Shown here: positions 44,573-54,241 of the stretch, piece by piece
How positions within the stretch are numbered: the first letter of the stretch is position 1
Layout of the letters: each line of letters opens with the position of its first letter
Origin: a candidate division WWE3 bacterium UBA1401
GTDB taxonomy: Bacteria > Patescibacteriota > WWE3 > UBA101185 > UBA10185
NCBI GenBank assembly: GCA_002305115.1
Contig: DBQF01000003.1
Location: 129,338-193,337 of the forward strand
Reading direction: 5' to 3'
DNA: 64,000 nt
Notes under the pieces: model-generated
What the model was told of the DNA's origin: nothing
Database searches by the model: none
The model's input: the letters and a program-made list of their open reading frames with translations, nothing else
Position numbers and translations under genes: made by a program

Positions 44573-44661
44573 GCCACGGTGGCGGAACTGGTATACGCGT
44601 TGGTCTCAAAAACCAATGGAAGGCGACTTTCGTGTGGGTTCGATTCCCACCCGTGGCACCA
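44573..44661 (+). tRNA. tRNA-Leu (anticodon CAA), class II, with encoded CCA
   Basis: Manually folded. Acceptor GCCACGG/CCGTGGC, 3-bp D stem with GG in the loop, anticodon stem TTGGT/ACCAA with loop CTCAAAA, 17-nt variable arm, T arm GTGGG-TTCGATT-CCCAC, discriminator A plus CCA. Confidence 0.92.
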
Positions 44662-44667
44662 ATCTAA

Positions 44668-45999
44668 TCAACCTTGGCCTTGAGCTACTTCGTAAAACTG
44701 CGTTCTATTAAGCTTGAAGAACAATGGGATTTCCCCTGTCGGACCGTTTCTATGCTTAGCAACTATCAGAAAATAATTTTCTCTATCTTCTTCATCCGGC
44801 CGATATAAAAACATGACCACATCCGCATCCTGCTCAATAGAACCCGAATCACGTAGGTCTGACAACTGAGGTCTCTTATCTCCACCACGCTGCTCAACTG
44901 CACGCGACAGCTGAGATAACGCCAACACCGGCACTTTTAATTCCCTGGCCAAATTCTTTAACGCCTGCGAAATCTCCGAAACTTCCTGCACCCTGCTATC
45001 CAGATTCCTTCCTCTAACAAGCTGTAAATAATCAACTACAATAAGGTCAATATCATGCTCAAGCTGAAGCCTGCGAGCCTTAGTTCGCATTTCCATAACA
45101 CTTATTCCTGGAGTGTCATCAATATAAATGGGTGCTTCGGCCAACTCCCCTGCGGCCACACCGTACTTCTCAAAATCCTCAGCTTCTAGATTCCCTGTAG
45201 TTATCCTCCAGTTATCAATATCCCCTTGAGAAGCTATCATTCTATCTACAATAGACTCTCTGCCCATTTCCAGCGAGAAAAACCCCACACCCTTGCCATG
45301 TACGACAGCGGCGTGCTGCGCGATATTGATAGCCAAGGAAGATTTACCCACGGAGGGACGGGCCGCAAGTATAATAAGGTTCTCACGTTGCAAACCAGAA
45401 AGCATAGAATCAAGTGTTTTTAGCCCCGAGGGTACCCCCCGCAGAGCGCCTCTGGTTTTACTTAACTCATCAAGCCTTTCGAAAGTAATTTCCAAAGTTT
45501 CTCTCACAGGAACAAAGTCCTGGTGTGTCCTATCTTTTGCTACTGAGTACAGCATTTGCTCAGATCTATCCAGTAGCATATCCAGGTCATTTTCTTCATA
45601 GACCAGTTCACTCATTCGGGAAGCGCTTTGCAGTAGATTTCTTTTTACAGCTGCGTCTCTAATAATACGCGCATAATACTCAACATTAGAAGCAGTAGGT
45701 ACAGAAGAAACAAGCTCCGACAGGTATGCGGCACCTTCTGTAGCGTTGTCTTTTCCTAACGCGCGCAGCTCACCTGAAACGGTAATAAGGTCTGCAGGTT
45801 CTCTTTTCTCATACAGATTCATAATAGCCAAGTAAATATCTGCATGGGAAGAACGATAAAAGTGTTCGGGTCGCAAGAATTCAACCACTTTCACAATGGC
45901 ATCAGAATCAATAAGAAGTGCCCCCAAAACAGATTTTTCGGCATCCAAATCGTGGGGTGGTACCCTAGATTTATCAACTGCTTTCCTTTGATCTAACAT
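44668..45999 (-). CDS. dnaB: Replicative DNA helicase DnaB
   Basis: PPHDLDAEKSVLGALL N-terminus, Walker A ARPSVGKSS, Walker B LIVVDYLQL, and ALSQLSR. Confidence 0.95.
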   Translation of the reverse strand: MLDQRKAVDKSRVPPHDLDAEKSVLGALLIDSDAIVKVVEFLRPEHFYRSSHADIYLAIMNLYEKREPADLITVSGELRALGKDNATEGAAYLSELVSSVPTASNVEYYARIIRDAAVKRNLLQSASRMSELVYEENDLDMLLDRSEQMLYSVAKDRTHQDFVPVRETLEITFERLDELSKTRGALRGVPSGLKTLDSMLSGLQRENLIILAARPSVGKSSLAINIAQHAAVVHGKGVGFFSLEMGRESIVDRMIASQGDIDNWRITTGNLEAEDFEKYGVAAGELAEAPIYIDDTPGISVMEMRTKARRLQLEHDIDLIVVDYLQLVRGRNLDSRVQEVSEISQALKNLARELKVPVLALSQLSRAVEQRGGDKRPQLSDLRDSGSIEQDADVVMFLYRPDEEDRENYFLIVAKHRNGPTGEIPLFFKLNRTQFYEVAQGQG

Positions 46000-46005
46000 A
46001 TTCCT

Positions 46006-46656
46006 TTAATGATGGGGCTTCAGAAGTACTACTTCAGTTTCTTCGGAAATGTCACTAGCGCTTGTCAACTTCAAATTTTCCTGTTCCTTAACATCCGAAA
46101 CACCCATCTCATCCAAGAACTCATTTACCGGTTTAATATCGTCTTTAAATGCTAAATCTTCTGTGGCATAGTGCATGGGAATAACAAGCCCCGGTTCAAT
46201 GGCCGAAATAACCTTAGAAGCTTTCTCCTCGTCAATAGTATATTTGCCGCCAACAGGCACCATAAGAACATCTACTTTGTCTATATTCTCCAAAGTGCTT
46301 TCAGATAGCTCGTGACCCAAATCTCCAAGGTGTAATACAGTAAAGCCGTCGATATCAACCAAATAGATGGTATTAATCCCGCGTTCTTCTCCTTCATCAG
46401 TGTCGTGGAAAGCTGAATAACCGAAAATGAATACATCGTTTGTTTCATATTCACCCGGAGCATTGATTAGTAGTCTGTAGTCGGCAACACCTTCGGCGTA
46501 GTTATGATCGGCATGATCATGCGTAACAAGTACTACATCCGCCTTAAGTTTTGGCAATTTATAACCGGTCTTTTTTGGGTCATAGGGATCAATGATTATA
46601 TTTATGGTACTACCCTTTAGTTGAAAGCAGGAGTGACCAATATATGTAATTTCCAT
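46006..46656 (-). CDS. MBL-fold metal-dependent hydrolase (UPF0173-like)
   Basis: VLVTHDHADH motif. 216 aa. Confidence 0.8.
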   Translation of the reverse strand: MEITYIGHSCFQLKGSTINIIIDPYDPKKTGYKLPKLKADVVLVTHDHADHNYAEGVADYRLLINAPGEYETNDVFIFGYSAFHDTDEGEERGINTIYLVDIDGFTVLHLGDLGHELSESTLENIDKVDVLMVPVGGKYTIDEEKASKVISAIEPGLVIPMHYATEDLAFKDDIKPVNEFLDEMGVSDVKEQENLKLTSASDISEETEVVLLKPHH

Positions 46657-46683
46657 GGCAGTATGATAACACAGATGGGAATT

Positions 46684-46712
46684 ACTAACTACTAACGACT
46701 GACAACTAACAG
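46684..46712. repeat. TRAC/GTYAG heptad array ACTAAC-TAC-TAAC-GAC-TGAC-AAC-TAAC
   Basis: Four heptads ~30 nt upstream of the MBL hydrolase start. Confidence 0.6.
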
Positions 46713-46813
46713 TATAATGACAACAATGCTTTGTAGATCATATTTAGCGTAGTTAAAACAATTTGAGGAGTTAACCAACCTTCCTGAAACTCTCAAGTAT
46801 ATTATGTATAAAC

Positions 46814-46830
46814 GGAAGGTCAGACCTTCC
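46814..46830. repeat. REP-like palindrome GGAAGGTC-A-GACCTTCC
   Basis: Perfect 8-1-8. Confidence 0.85.
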
Positions 46831-47143
46831 AATACAATTAGTAACAAGTCAATACCCACATCTTTAGCTTATTGAAAGGTATATAATGCAAACTAGAACT
46901 TGCCCCATAGCTTGGAAAGGAGACAACTGTATACATGCTCTGAATGTGGTGCAGTATTGGTAAAGAGGTCAACACCTGCACAAGAAGAACGCCTTGGCTA
47001 CAGTATCTGGGTTCATCGCCAGCCACACCTGAAACGTACCTGGAACGCCTTGCACGGGAGCATACTGGGGGCTCCATTTGTTCTCAGATAAATGACGACT
47101 TTCCAAAACCTCTGGAAAAAAGCGAAGAGTAAATTATCACTTA

Positions 47144-48196
47144 GTGCACCAGACAACAGGAAGGGGCGGACCCTTCCCTAACCCACCCTCTTTCCTGTAT
47201 CATTACCCTGTGTTCCTAAAAAAACGCAATATAAAACACCTGGCCTATATTGCCCTGCTCTTAACCACCATCATTTGGGCAGCTGCCGGCCCTGTCATAA
47301 AACTCACACTTGAGTACATTCCACCCATCTCCTTCCTGTTTTATCGATTCTTAATAGTGTGCGTAATCGTTCTTCCCTTTTTCATCTGGGAACTCAAAAA
47401 AGAACCTATCGCTAAACAAGATCTACCTAACCTCATTGTACTAGGCTTACTAAGCCAAACGGTCCTTATTATTTGTTTTTTGGGCTACAATTTCACTAAC
47501 ACTATTGAAGCTTCCCTCATCTCTGTTATGTACCCAATCATTGCCATTGCAGCTGCCAGTTATTTTTATAAAGAAACTGTAGGCAAGATGGAAAAGGTGG
47601 GGGTGATAATAGCCACATTCGGAGCTATTGTGGTTATCTTCGAGCCATTGTTGTCTGGAAATCACATCACCGAAGCTTCAAATTACAGACTGCTGGGCAA
47701 CCTTCTAATCCTTTTGTACCAATTCGCCTGGCTGGTATATATCATCTGGTCTAAAAGAATCATGGGCAAAAAATCTTCCAAACTAACCAAGACCTCCAAG
47801 ATCTTGCACATCAAACCCATGAGCAAAGATTATTCCCCCACCGTCATAACCCTATTCACATTTTACGTAGGCCTAGCCTCCTTTATTCCGCTAGTACTAA
47901 TGGAAGCAGCGGGGCTATTTGGCGCAACCTATTTTTCTATTACTAGAATAGGCATTACCGGGCTGCTGGGACTTTTGTATATGGCGATTTTGTCTTCCAT
48001 TGTGGCTTGCATATTATTTCAGTGGGGTCTTGACAAGGCCGAAGTAACAGATACAGCTTTATTTACTTATCTTGGCCCAGTATTCACCTTTCCAGTGGCG
48101 TTTATGCTCTTAAGCGAAATCCCTACGCTAACTGTTGTCTTGGGGGCAGCAATTATTGCCAGCGGAGTGTTAATTGCCGAAAGATATAAATCTTGA
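47144..48196 (+). CDS. EamA/DMT-family transporter
   Basis: Ten hydrophobic segments with a duplicated EamA architecture. The GTG at 47144 would translate a REP-like copy (47159..47177), so the GTG at 47210 (MFLKKRNIKHLAYIALLL) is the more likely start. Confidence 0.8.
   Translation: MHQTTGRGGPFPNPPSFLYHYPVFLKKRNIKHLAYIALLLTTIIWAAAGPVIKLTLEYIPPISFLFYRFLIVCVIVLPFFIWELKKEPIAKQDLPNLIVLGLLSQTVLIICFLGYNFTNTIEASLISVMYPIIAIAAASYFYKETVGKMEKVGVIIATFGAIVVIFEPLLSGNHITEASNYRLLGNLLILLYQFAWLVYIIWSKRIMGKKSSKLTKTSKILHIKPMSKDYSPTVITLFTFYVGLASFIPLVLMEAAGLFGATYFSITRIGITGLLGLLYMAILSSIVACILFQWGLDKAEVTDTALFTYLGPVFTFPVAFMLLSEIPTLTVVLGAAIIASGVLIAERYKS
47159..47177. repeat. REP-like palindrome, one mismatch: GGAAGGGGC-G-GACCCTTCC
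   Basis: Lies in the doubtful 5' extension of the EamA ORF. Confidence 0.6.
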
Positions 48197-48211
48197 TATA
48201 CTCCTTGCGTT

Positions 48212-48550
48212 ATGAAAAAGAATGTACACCCACAAGTTCATAAAAATGCGGTTGTTAAGTGCGCCTGCGGTAATACTTTTACGACTATTTCAACCCAACA
48301 GAGCATAACTGTTGATATTTGTAGTGCTTGTCACCCTTACTTTACCGGTCAGCAGAAGTTTGTTGATACAGAGGGAAGAATTGAGAAATTCCAGAAGAAA
48401 TTCGAGCTTTCCAAACAAAAAAAGGCTGAACTTGAAGCAAAGAAACAGGCAAAAAAAGCCAAAGTTCAGCCAAAAGCTGAATCTGTTAAGGCCCCTACTC
48501 TCAAAGAGCTATTAGAAGAAACCCAGAACCAAGAACAAACTAATCAATAG
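48212..48550 (+). CDS. rpmE: 50S ribosomal protein L31 (Zn-ribbon type) with Lys-rich C-terminal extension
   Basis: MKKNVHPQ.., CxC...[20 protein letters not shown], followed by ~45 extra residues ([23 protein letters not shown]..). Confidence 0.9.
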   Translation: MKKNVHPQVHKNAVVKCACGNTFTTISTQQSITVDICSACHPYFTGQQKFVDTEGRIEKFQKKFELSKQKKAELEAKKQAKKAKVQPKAESVKAPTLKELLEETQNQEQTNQ

Positions 48551-48556
48551 CTCTCC

Positions 48557-49522
48557 ATGAACCAAGTAATTACTAACTTACAGATTCAAATAGCAGAATT
48601 GGAGTCTCAGGTAGCTGAGAGCAACAATTTATTGGCTCAAAACCCCACTCCCGAGATGAAAACACTAGTAGAAGAAGAGCTTATTTCCCTTCAAACCCAA
48701 ATAGCAAACCTGAAACAAACTATTTCGGCACTGCAAAACCCACAAGAAGACCTTACTAATGAATCAACCACCGCAGAAGACATAGACCCAAACAAAGCTA
48801 TTCTGGAAATTAGGGCGGGCACAGGCGGAGACGAAGCGGGGCTTTTTGCTTATGACTTATACAAAATGTACTCAAGATATGCAGAAATGCAAAATTGGAA
48901 AGTGCAGGAAGATTTTATTTCTAAGAACACCTCTGGGGGCATCAAAACTGTGCAAGCCACTATTGAGGGTAAAGATGTGTATAAGAAGTTGCAGTTTGAG
49001 TCTGGTGTACATAGAGTACAAAGAGTACCTGTAACCGAGGCCAGCGGCAGGATTCACACATCTACCGCCACAGTGGCAGTACTGCCAAAGTTAGGCAAGA
49101 TTGAGATAGAGATACGGCCAGAAGATATACAAGAAGACTTTTTCCGCGCAGGCGGCCATGGCGGCCAGAATGTAAACAAAGTGTCTACTGCCGTAAGAGT
49201 GACACATATTCCAACCGGCATAGTTGTAGAATGCCAGGAAGAAAGGTCTCAGCTGAAAAACCGGCTTAAGGCTATGGATGTGCTAAAGTCTAAGTTATAT
49301 ACACTGATGCAGGAACAGAAAGTACAGAATATTTCAGAGCTTAGGGCTAATCAAGTTGGCTCCGCCGAGAGAAGTGAAAAAATCAGAACGTATAACTTTC
49401 CTCAGGATAGGATTACAGATCATAGAATTAATAGATCCTGGCATAATATGGAGAGTATTTTGGTGGGAAATATTGATAAGATGTTGGAAGATGTATCGGC
49501 CGAATTAATAGCTAAAGACTAA
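48557..49522 (+). CDS. prfA: Peptide chain release factor 1
   Basis: PVT tripeptide (RVPVTE), GGQ motif ([16 protein letters not shown]). 321 aa. Confidence 0.9.
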   Translation: MNQVITNLQIQIAELESQVAESNNLLAQNPTPEMKTLVEEELISLQTQIANLKQTISALQNPQEDLTNESTTAEDIDPNKAILEIRAGTGGDEAGLFAYDLYKMYSRYAEMQNWKVQEDFISKNTSGGIKTVQATIEGKDVYKKLQFESGVHRVQRVPVTEASGRIHTSTATVAVLPKLGKIEIEIRPEDIQEDFFRAGGHGGQNVNKVSTAVRVTHIPTGIVVECQEERSQLKNRLKAMDVLKSKLYTLMQEQKVQNISELRANQVGSAERSEKIRTYNFPQDRITDHRINRSWHNMESILVGNIDKMLEDVSAELIAKD

Positions 49523-49534
49523 CTTTAGTTGTCC

Positions 49535-49554
49535 CCGCAGGCTAAAGCCTGCGG
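49535..49554 (+). terminator. Hairpin CCGCAGGC-TAAA-GCCTGCGG after prfA
   Basis: 8-bp stem, no T-run. The sequence-related inverted copy lies at 49583..49602. Confidence 0.4.
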
Positions 49555-49582
49555 TTAAGGTGCAAAAGAATGTTCCTCCTAA

Positions 49583-49602
49583 CCCGAGGCTTTAGCCTCG
49601 GG
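49583..49602 (-). terminator. Hairpin CCCGAGGC-TTTA-GCCTCGGG after htrA
   Basis: 8-bp stem. On the minus strand it reads CCCGAGGCTAAAGCCTCGGG, the same GGCTAAAGCC core as the 49535 hairpin and as 1553-1567. Confidence 0.4.
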
Positions 49603-49614
49603 GGCACATAGCGG

Positions 49615-50736
49615 CTAAAAACTATCCGGAGTTTCGGCCAACACTACAGACGTATCAAACCTATTTCCATTCCGATCAATCACCAAATCTACTCTATCCC
49701 CTACCTTAAAACTCGCTATAGCGCGCGATAATGGATAATCTTCCGACAGATCTTTATCTTCAAACCTAACAATAATATCTCCTCTGGTGAGCCCTGCTTC
49801 TGCTGCAGGTGAGTCTGGAAGAACTCTTTGTACAAATGCGCCTTCAGGCAAATCTCTTAACGTAGATACTTCTTGCGAAATCATGGAATAAACTACACCC
49901 ATATATGGCCGTACAATCCTGCCTTCCTTAAGATAGCTCTGCAAAATAGGCTTTAAAACATTAACAGGAATAGCAAAACCAATATTATCGGCGCCACGGG
50001 TAGTAGCAACATTAATACCAATCACCTGCCCGGAAAGGTTAAGCAGTGGCCCACCGCTATTACCGGGGTTAATGGCAGCATCGGTCTGAATAGCTGATTC
50101 ATAGGTTTTCACTTCGCCACCAAGGCCGGATGATGCAGTTAACTCTCTGGAAACACCGGAAATTATTCCTAAAGTAACTGTGTTTTGGAATCTACCTAAT
50201 GCATTGCCAATAGCAATAGCCTTTTGACCTACTTTAATACTCTCGGAGTCACCCAATTTGACGGTTGGCAGGTTGCGGGCAGTAATTTCTAAAATAGCAA
50301 GATCTGAAACTTCATCTAGATCTATTTTTGTAACGTCATACGTATCACCATTTTTTAATACAACAGAATATTCGCCATTCGGGTTTTCTACCACATGGCT
50401 GTTAGTTATAATAATGCCGCTCTCGTCTACAATAAACCCTGTACCAACCCCAGATTCAGACATAATTGGGCCACTGTAAAAATCAAATTCCAGACTCTTC
50501 ACTAAAATAGACACAACTGCAGGAGAAACCTCCTCTACAGCATTTATTACAGCAGATTCTTCTTCAATAAGTTCGTGGGTTTTAATAGTAGTACTGGTAC
50601 CTCCCCTACCCAAAGCTCTCTCCACATAATTTTCCACTTTTTCAAAAGCGGAATTAAACTGGGAAAATCCTCCTGTGAAGGTAATGAGGACTACAATAAA
50701 TAAGCCAAAGGCAACTGCACCAAGTACTTTTTTCAT
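49615..50736 (-). CDS. htrA: HtrA/DegP-family serine protease with one PDZ domain
   Basis: N-terminal TM segment, TNSHV, DLAIL, and GNSGGPLLN catalytic triad contexts. C-terminal PDZ domain. Confidence 0.88.
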   Translation of the reverse strand: MKKVLGAVAFGLFIVVLITFTGGFSQFNSAFEKVENYVERALGRGGTSTTIKTHELIEEESAVINAVEEVSPAVVSILVKSLEFDFYSGPIMSESGVGTGFIVDESGIIITNSHVVENPNGEYSVVLKNGDTYDVTKIDLDEVSDLAILEITARNLPTVKLGDSESIKVGQKAIAIGNALGRFQNTVTLGIISGVSRELTASSGLGGEVKTYESAIQTDAAINPGNSGGPLLNLSGQVIGINVATTRGADNIGFAIPVNVLKPILQSYLKEGRIVRPYMGVVYSMISQEVSTLRDLPEGAFVQRVLPDSPAAEAGLTRGDIIVRFEDKDLSEDYPLSRAIASFKVGDRVDLVIDRNGNRFDTSVVLAETPDSF

Positions 50737-50737
50737 A

Positions 50738-51958
50738 TTAAATCTCCTTTGCTAATTTTAATGCTTCTTCTAGTTGAGCGTCAAAACCATCTGCAATAGC
50801 ATCTTCCGTAATTTCCACCGGTATATCAGGCTCTAAACCCTTGTCATGTATCCACACTTTTTCAGGGGTCAACCACTTGGCAATTGTAATATGTAAACCT
50901 GAGCCATCGCTGAAGTTTTGGGCATCTTGGATAGTTCCCTTACCAAAGGATTTTGCACCAACTAACGTAGCATTTATATGGTGCTTCAAAGCAGCTGCCA
51001 AGATTTCGGAAGCCGATGCGCTACCTTCATCGATTAGAATAAAAACAGCCGGAATCCGTTCAAAAGCCCCCAGCCTATTAGTATAATGTGGTACAGAATT
51101 GCCTAAGGCATCTTCCTGAAATAATACAACTTCCCTACCCTTTACAAATTCCCCGGCAATAAAGACCGCGGAATCCATATAGCCTCCGGGATTTCCTCGC
51201 AAATCTAGAACTATAGCATCTAATTCATTCATATCCACATTTACTTCAGAAGCTACTTTACTCCAATCTTCATTTGTTTCGCCACCAAACCGGGAAATTC
51301 TTATATAGGCAGTTCCATCGCCCTTGTCTTCCCAAGTAACACTTTCTACTGTAATAACACCTCTTCTGATTTGCACAATAAAGGGGTCACCACCATCGCG
51401 GCGTAAAGTTAAAGAAATAAGAGTGCCGGCATCACCTCTTATTTTGGAAACAGCCTCTGTCACTGAAATTCCCGCAGTGCTCGTGCCTTCTATTTCCAGA
51501 ATTTCATCTCCAGCCTTAACTCCGGAAGCTTTAGCCGGCGATCCATCTAACGGCGCGACTACAATCAACTGATTTTCTTTTAAACCCAACTCCGCACCAA
51601 TACCCTGATATTCTCCATTAATAGCACTTTTAACCGCCTCATTTACTTCTGGTGGCAAAAAGGAAGTATAAGGGTCACCAACTGCCTTCACCATACCCTC
51701 TATGGCACCCCAAACCATCTCTTGAGCATTTACCGGGCGCAGCAGATACTTTGTTTCAAGCGTGGTCCATACATCCCAAAATAAACCAAAATCTACCTCG
51801 GAAGGAACTGTATTCTTGTTGATAATCTCAACCTCTAAAGGGGTTTTCTTGATATCAATTTCATAACCTCTTTTACCAAAGTAATAGCCACCATAAAAAA
51901 AGGAAACGCTTAACAAAAAGATTATTAAAATGGTCTGAAATTTTTTAAACGTTGTCAC
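50738..51958 (-). CDS. ctpA: C-terminal processing peptidase (S41 family)
   Basis: PDZ domain (GDEILEIEG), catalytic GSASASEI, and KSFGKGTIQ. Confidence 0.88.
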   Translation of the reverse strand: MTTFKKFQTILIIFLLSVSFFYGGYYFGKRGYEIDIKKTPLEVEIINKNTVPSEVDFGLFWDVWTTLETKYLLRPVNAQEMVWGAIEGMVKAVGDPYTSFLPPEVNEAVKSAINGEYQGIGAELGLKENQLIVVAPLDGSPAKASGVKAGDEILEIEGTSTAGISVTEAVSKIRGDAGTLISLTLRRDGGDPFIVQIRRGVITVESVTWEDKGDGTAYIRISRFGGETNEDWSKVASEVNVDMNELDAIVLDLRGNPGGYMDSAVFIAGEFVKGREVVLFQEDALGNSVPHYTNRLGAFERIPAVFILIDEGSASASEILAAALKHHINATLVGAKSFGKGTIQDAQNFSDGSGLHITIAKWLTPEKVWIHDKGLEPDIPVEITEDAIADGFDAQLEEALKLAKEI

Positions 51959-51966
51959 ACTAATAA

Positions 51967-52947
51967 CTAAGCTAGAGCAACCAAAGCTCGCTCGGATACT
52001 TCTATACTCCTGTCATTTTTCTCGAGCTTAACCACTATACTAGTTTTTCCCAACTTTTCAACTACACCTACACTACCAAAATCAGGCTCGGTAAACACTA
52101 AAACTCTTAAACCCTTAACTACTTTCTTGATATAGTGTCTATAAGGTTTTTTTATTAAGAATGGCTCAGGCATAGGTACTCTGATCATGTTTTTATCCCC
52201 TTGAACAAACACAAACCGGTTGGAAACATTAGATAAAATGCTAAATACGTCTGTAGGAGTGGGTATATTGCCAAACCCTGAGAATACTCCCAAGAACACA
52301 CCATGCTGCTTAGCTAACAAAAACGTTTCCCTTGGGGCGCTACCCGCTAAAACCGCGCCCACACCATATTCAATAGCACTTTGCATAAATTCGCTGTCCA
52401 CATAATCTCCCACATATATAACTTTGCGATAAACATTTTTGAAATATTGGCGTAAATACTGAAGCCTTAAAATATCTGTAGGATTTGGAAAGACTATAAG
52501 CTCCCCCTCGATAAATCCAGGAGTACAGGCCATTAGATGTATATCGGTTGTTTGGGTTCTAATAAGAACGGCATTACGCTCAATACAATCTACCACTTCG
52601 CCCCAAACACCGGAAAGTAACGTAAAGTCTTCTTTTTCAGACAGCAAAAACCTATTACTATCTTTCATTTCAATGAAACCGCTAAACGGAGCCCTAAAGG
52701 CTCTAAGTCCAGACCTGCCTAATAAGGTGCCTTCTGATACTCTAGAGCCCTGCTTTAGTTTTTTGTGAAGCTTTACACTTGCATCTATTTTCACAATTTT
52801 GGAGGCATATTTGCAAAAACCTACCTCACTAAATGCTTCAACTTTATCCCCTACCGATACTCGTAAGCCCCCTTCACTGGGTAGTGCTCTTTCTAACAAA
52901 ACGCCATTGGTATGCTTTACTTTTTCCATTACAGGTATGTAATTCAT
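51967..52947 (-). CDS. Hypothetical protein (326 aa)
   Basis: ORF 51967..52983. The ATG at 52947 forms an ATGA overlap with the upstream ORF's stop. No motif recognised. Confidence 0.6.
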   Translation of the reverse strand: MNYIPVMEKVKHTNGVLLERALPSEGGLRVSVGDKVEAFSEVGFCKYASKIVKIDASVKLHKKLKQGSRVSEGTLLGRSGLRAFRAPFSGFIEMKDSNRFLLSEKEDFTLLSGVWGEVVDCIERNAVLIRTQTTDIHLMACTPGFIEGELIVFPNPTDILRLQYLRQYFKNVYRKVIYVGDYVDSEFMQSAIEYGVGAVLAGSAPRETFLLAKQHGVFLGVFSGFGNIPTPTDVFSILSNVSNRFVFVQGDKNMIRVPMPEPFLIKKPYRHYIKKVVKGLRVLVFTEPDFGSVGVVEKLGKTSIVVKLEKNDRSIEVSERALVALA

Positions 52948-53945
52948 AGTCTTGCTAGCGCCTCCTCGATCGGAGCTGCCCAATTGTGGTGTTTATGGGA
53001 AATATCATCAAGTAACCCGGAAACAGCGGCATGTCTTTTCTCAAACCGTGTGTCTACGATAAAACCCAGAGAACCACCCGTAACTGTACCTTCCACTTGT
53101 TTAAATAATGTGTTTTTTAACATTACTTTGGCCGTATCAGCCTCTTTTAACGGAACAATTACCAAAGAGTCGTCGGCAATATCAAAAAACTGGGAAGTCC
53201 CCACTTCTGTTTCAAACAGACATTCTACATTGTTGCGGGTTTTGAAAATGGTACCAACTGTTGTAAGAGGCGCTTCACTAAGTGCCTTACGATAAAGCCT
53301 CTTACTATGGAGACTTAATAGCGTAAGAGGCATTAATACGCCTTTATTATCTATTTGTAGCACAAAAATGCCGGAGGATTCCAATAAATTTAGCGCAAGT
53401 AAATACATTTCCGAAGTCAGATCACCCATAAAGATATCCCCTGTTACTATTATTGGTGCTTCTGTTGCTTCCGGAACATTATTAATTTCGTTATTTTGCT
53501 CTATGGTAGTATAAACAAAGTTCCTGTGCGAACTCTCAAAACCTTCTGTACTGGGAACTAGCGCTTTATTAGACAGAAAATTACTTAGTGCATCGTCTTC
53601 TAAAGCCTTAAGTGAACACGAGTGCATACCATTAATATATAAAATCCTGCTTTCTACCGCTTCCTGTAAGAGAAAAAAAACACTAGTATTGATCTTTGTC
53701 TTTAGTTTTAGTGGCACCGGCCCCTGCGAACCGCAAACCAGAATGGTACAGGCATTAGGATCTAATTTATATTTTTTAAGAACCAACTGGAAAATATCCG
53801 TATAAAAGTCTTCTGCAGTAACAAAATGTCCAAAAAGCTGAGAATTGTATGCAAAAGGAAAATGTACTAGTGAAAAACCTTTGTCATCAAGACCCACTAA
53901 AAAAGTTAAGTTAGTATCACTTACATGGGCAGCTATAACTGACAT
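52944..53945 (-). CDS. Hypothetical protein (333 aa)
   Basis: Long ORF with balanced composition, lying directly after rpsR in the same orientation. No motif recognised. Confidence 0.6.
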   Translation of the reverse strand: MSVIAAHVSDTNLTFLVGLDDKGFSLVHFPFAYNSQLFGHFVTAEDFYTDIFQLVLKKYKLDPNACTILVCGSQGPVPLKLKTKINTSVFFLLQEAVESRILYINGMHSCSLKALEDDALSNFLSNKALVPSTEGFESSHRNFVYTTIEQNNEINNVPEATEAPIIVTGDIFMGDLTSEMYLLALNLLESSGIFVLQIDNKGVLMPLTLLSLHSKRLYRKALSEAPLTTVGTIFKTRNNVECLFETEVGTSQFFDIADDSLVIVPLKEADTAKVMLKNTLFKQVEGTVTGGSLGFIVDTRFEKRHAAVSGLLDDISHKHHNWAAPIEEALARL

Positions 53946-53968
53946 GAGATTATGATATCACACACTGT

Positions 53969-54223
53969 TTACAATGCGTGCCGGTCTGTGTAAGGAAGAA
54001 GTGCCATATAGCGAGCTTTTTTGATGGCACTAGAAAGCTTACGTTGATTCTTAGCCGTTAGGCCGGTAATGCTGTTGTGCAGAATCTTGCCTCTATCGGA
54101 AATAAATCTGCGCAGAATTAGCACATCTTTGTAATCGGGGGTAGTACCACTTCGACTGAAGTAGCATTTGGTTGAGACTTTTCTACTATCTTTCTTGTTT
54201 TTCTTCCTTACAAATTTTGCCAT
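53969..54223 (-). CDS. rpsR: 30S ribosomal protein S18
   Basis: [49 protein letters not shown]. Confidence 0.93.
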   Translation of the reverse strand: MAKFVRKKNKKDSRKVSTKCYFSRSGTTPDYKDVLILRRFISDRGKILHNSITGLTAKNQRKLSSAIKKARYMALLPYTDRHAL

Positions 54224-54241
54224 ATGTATTTAAACTAAAGC

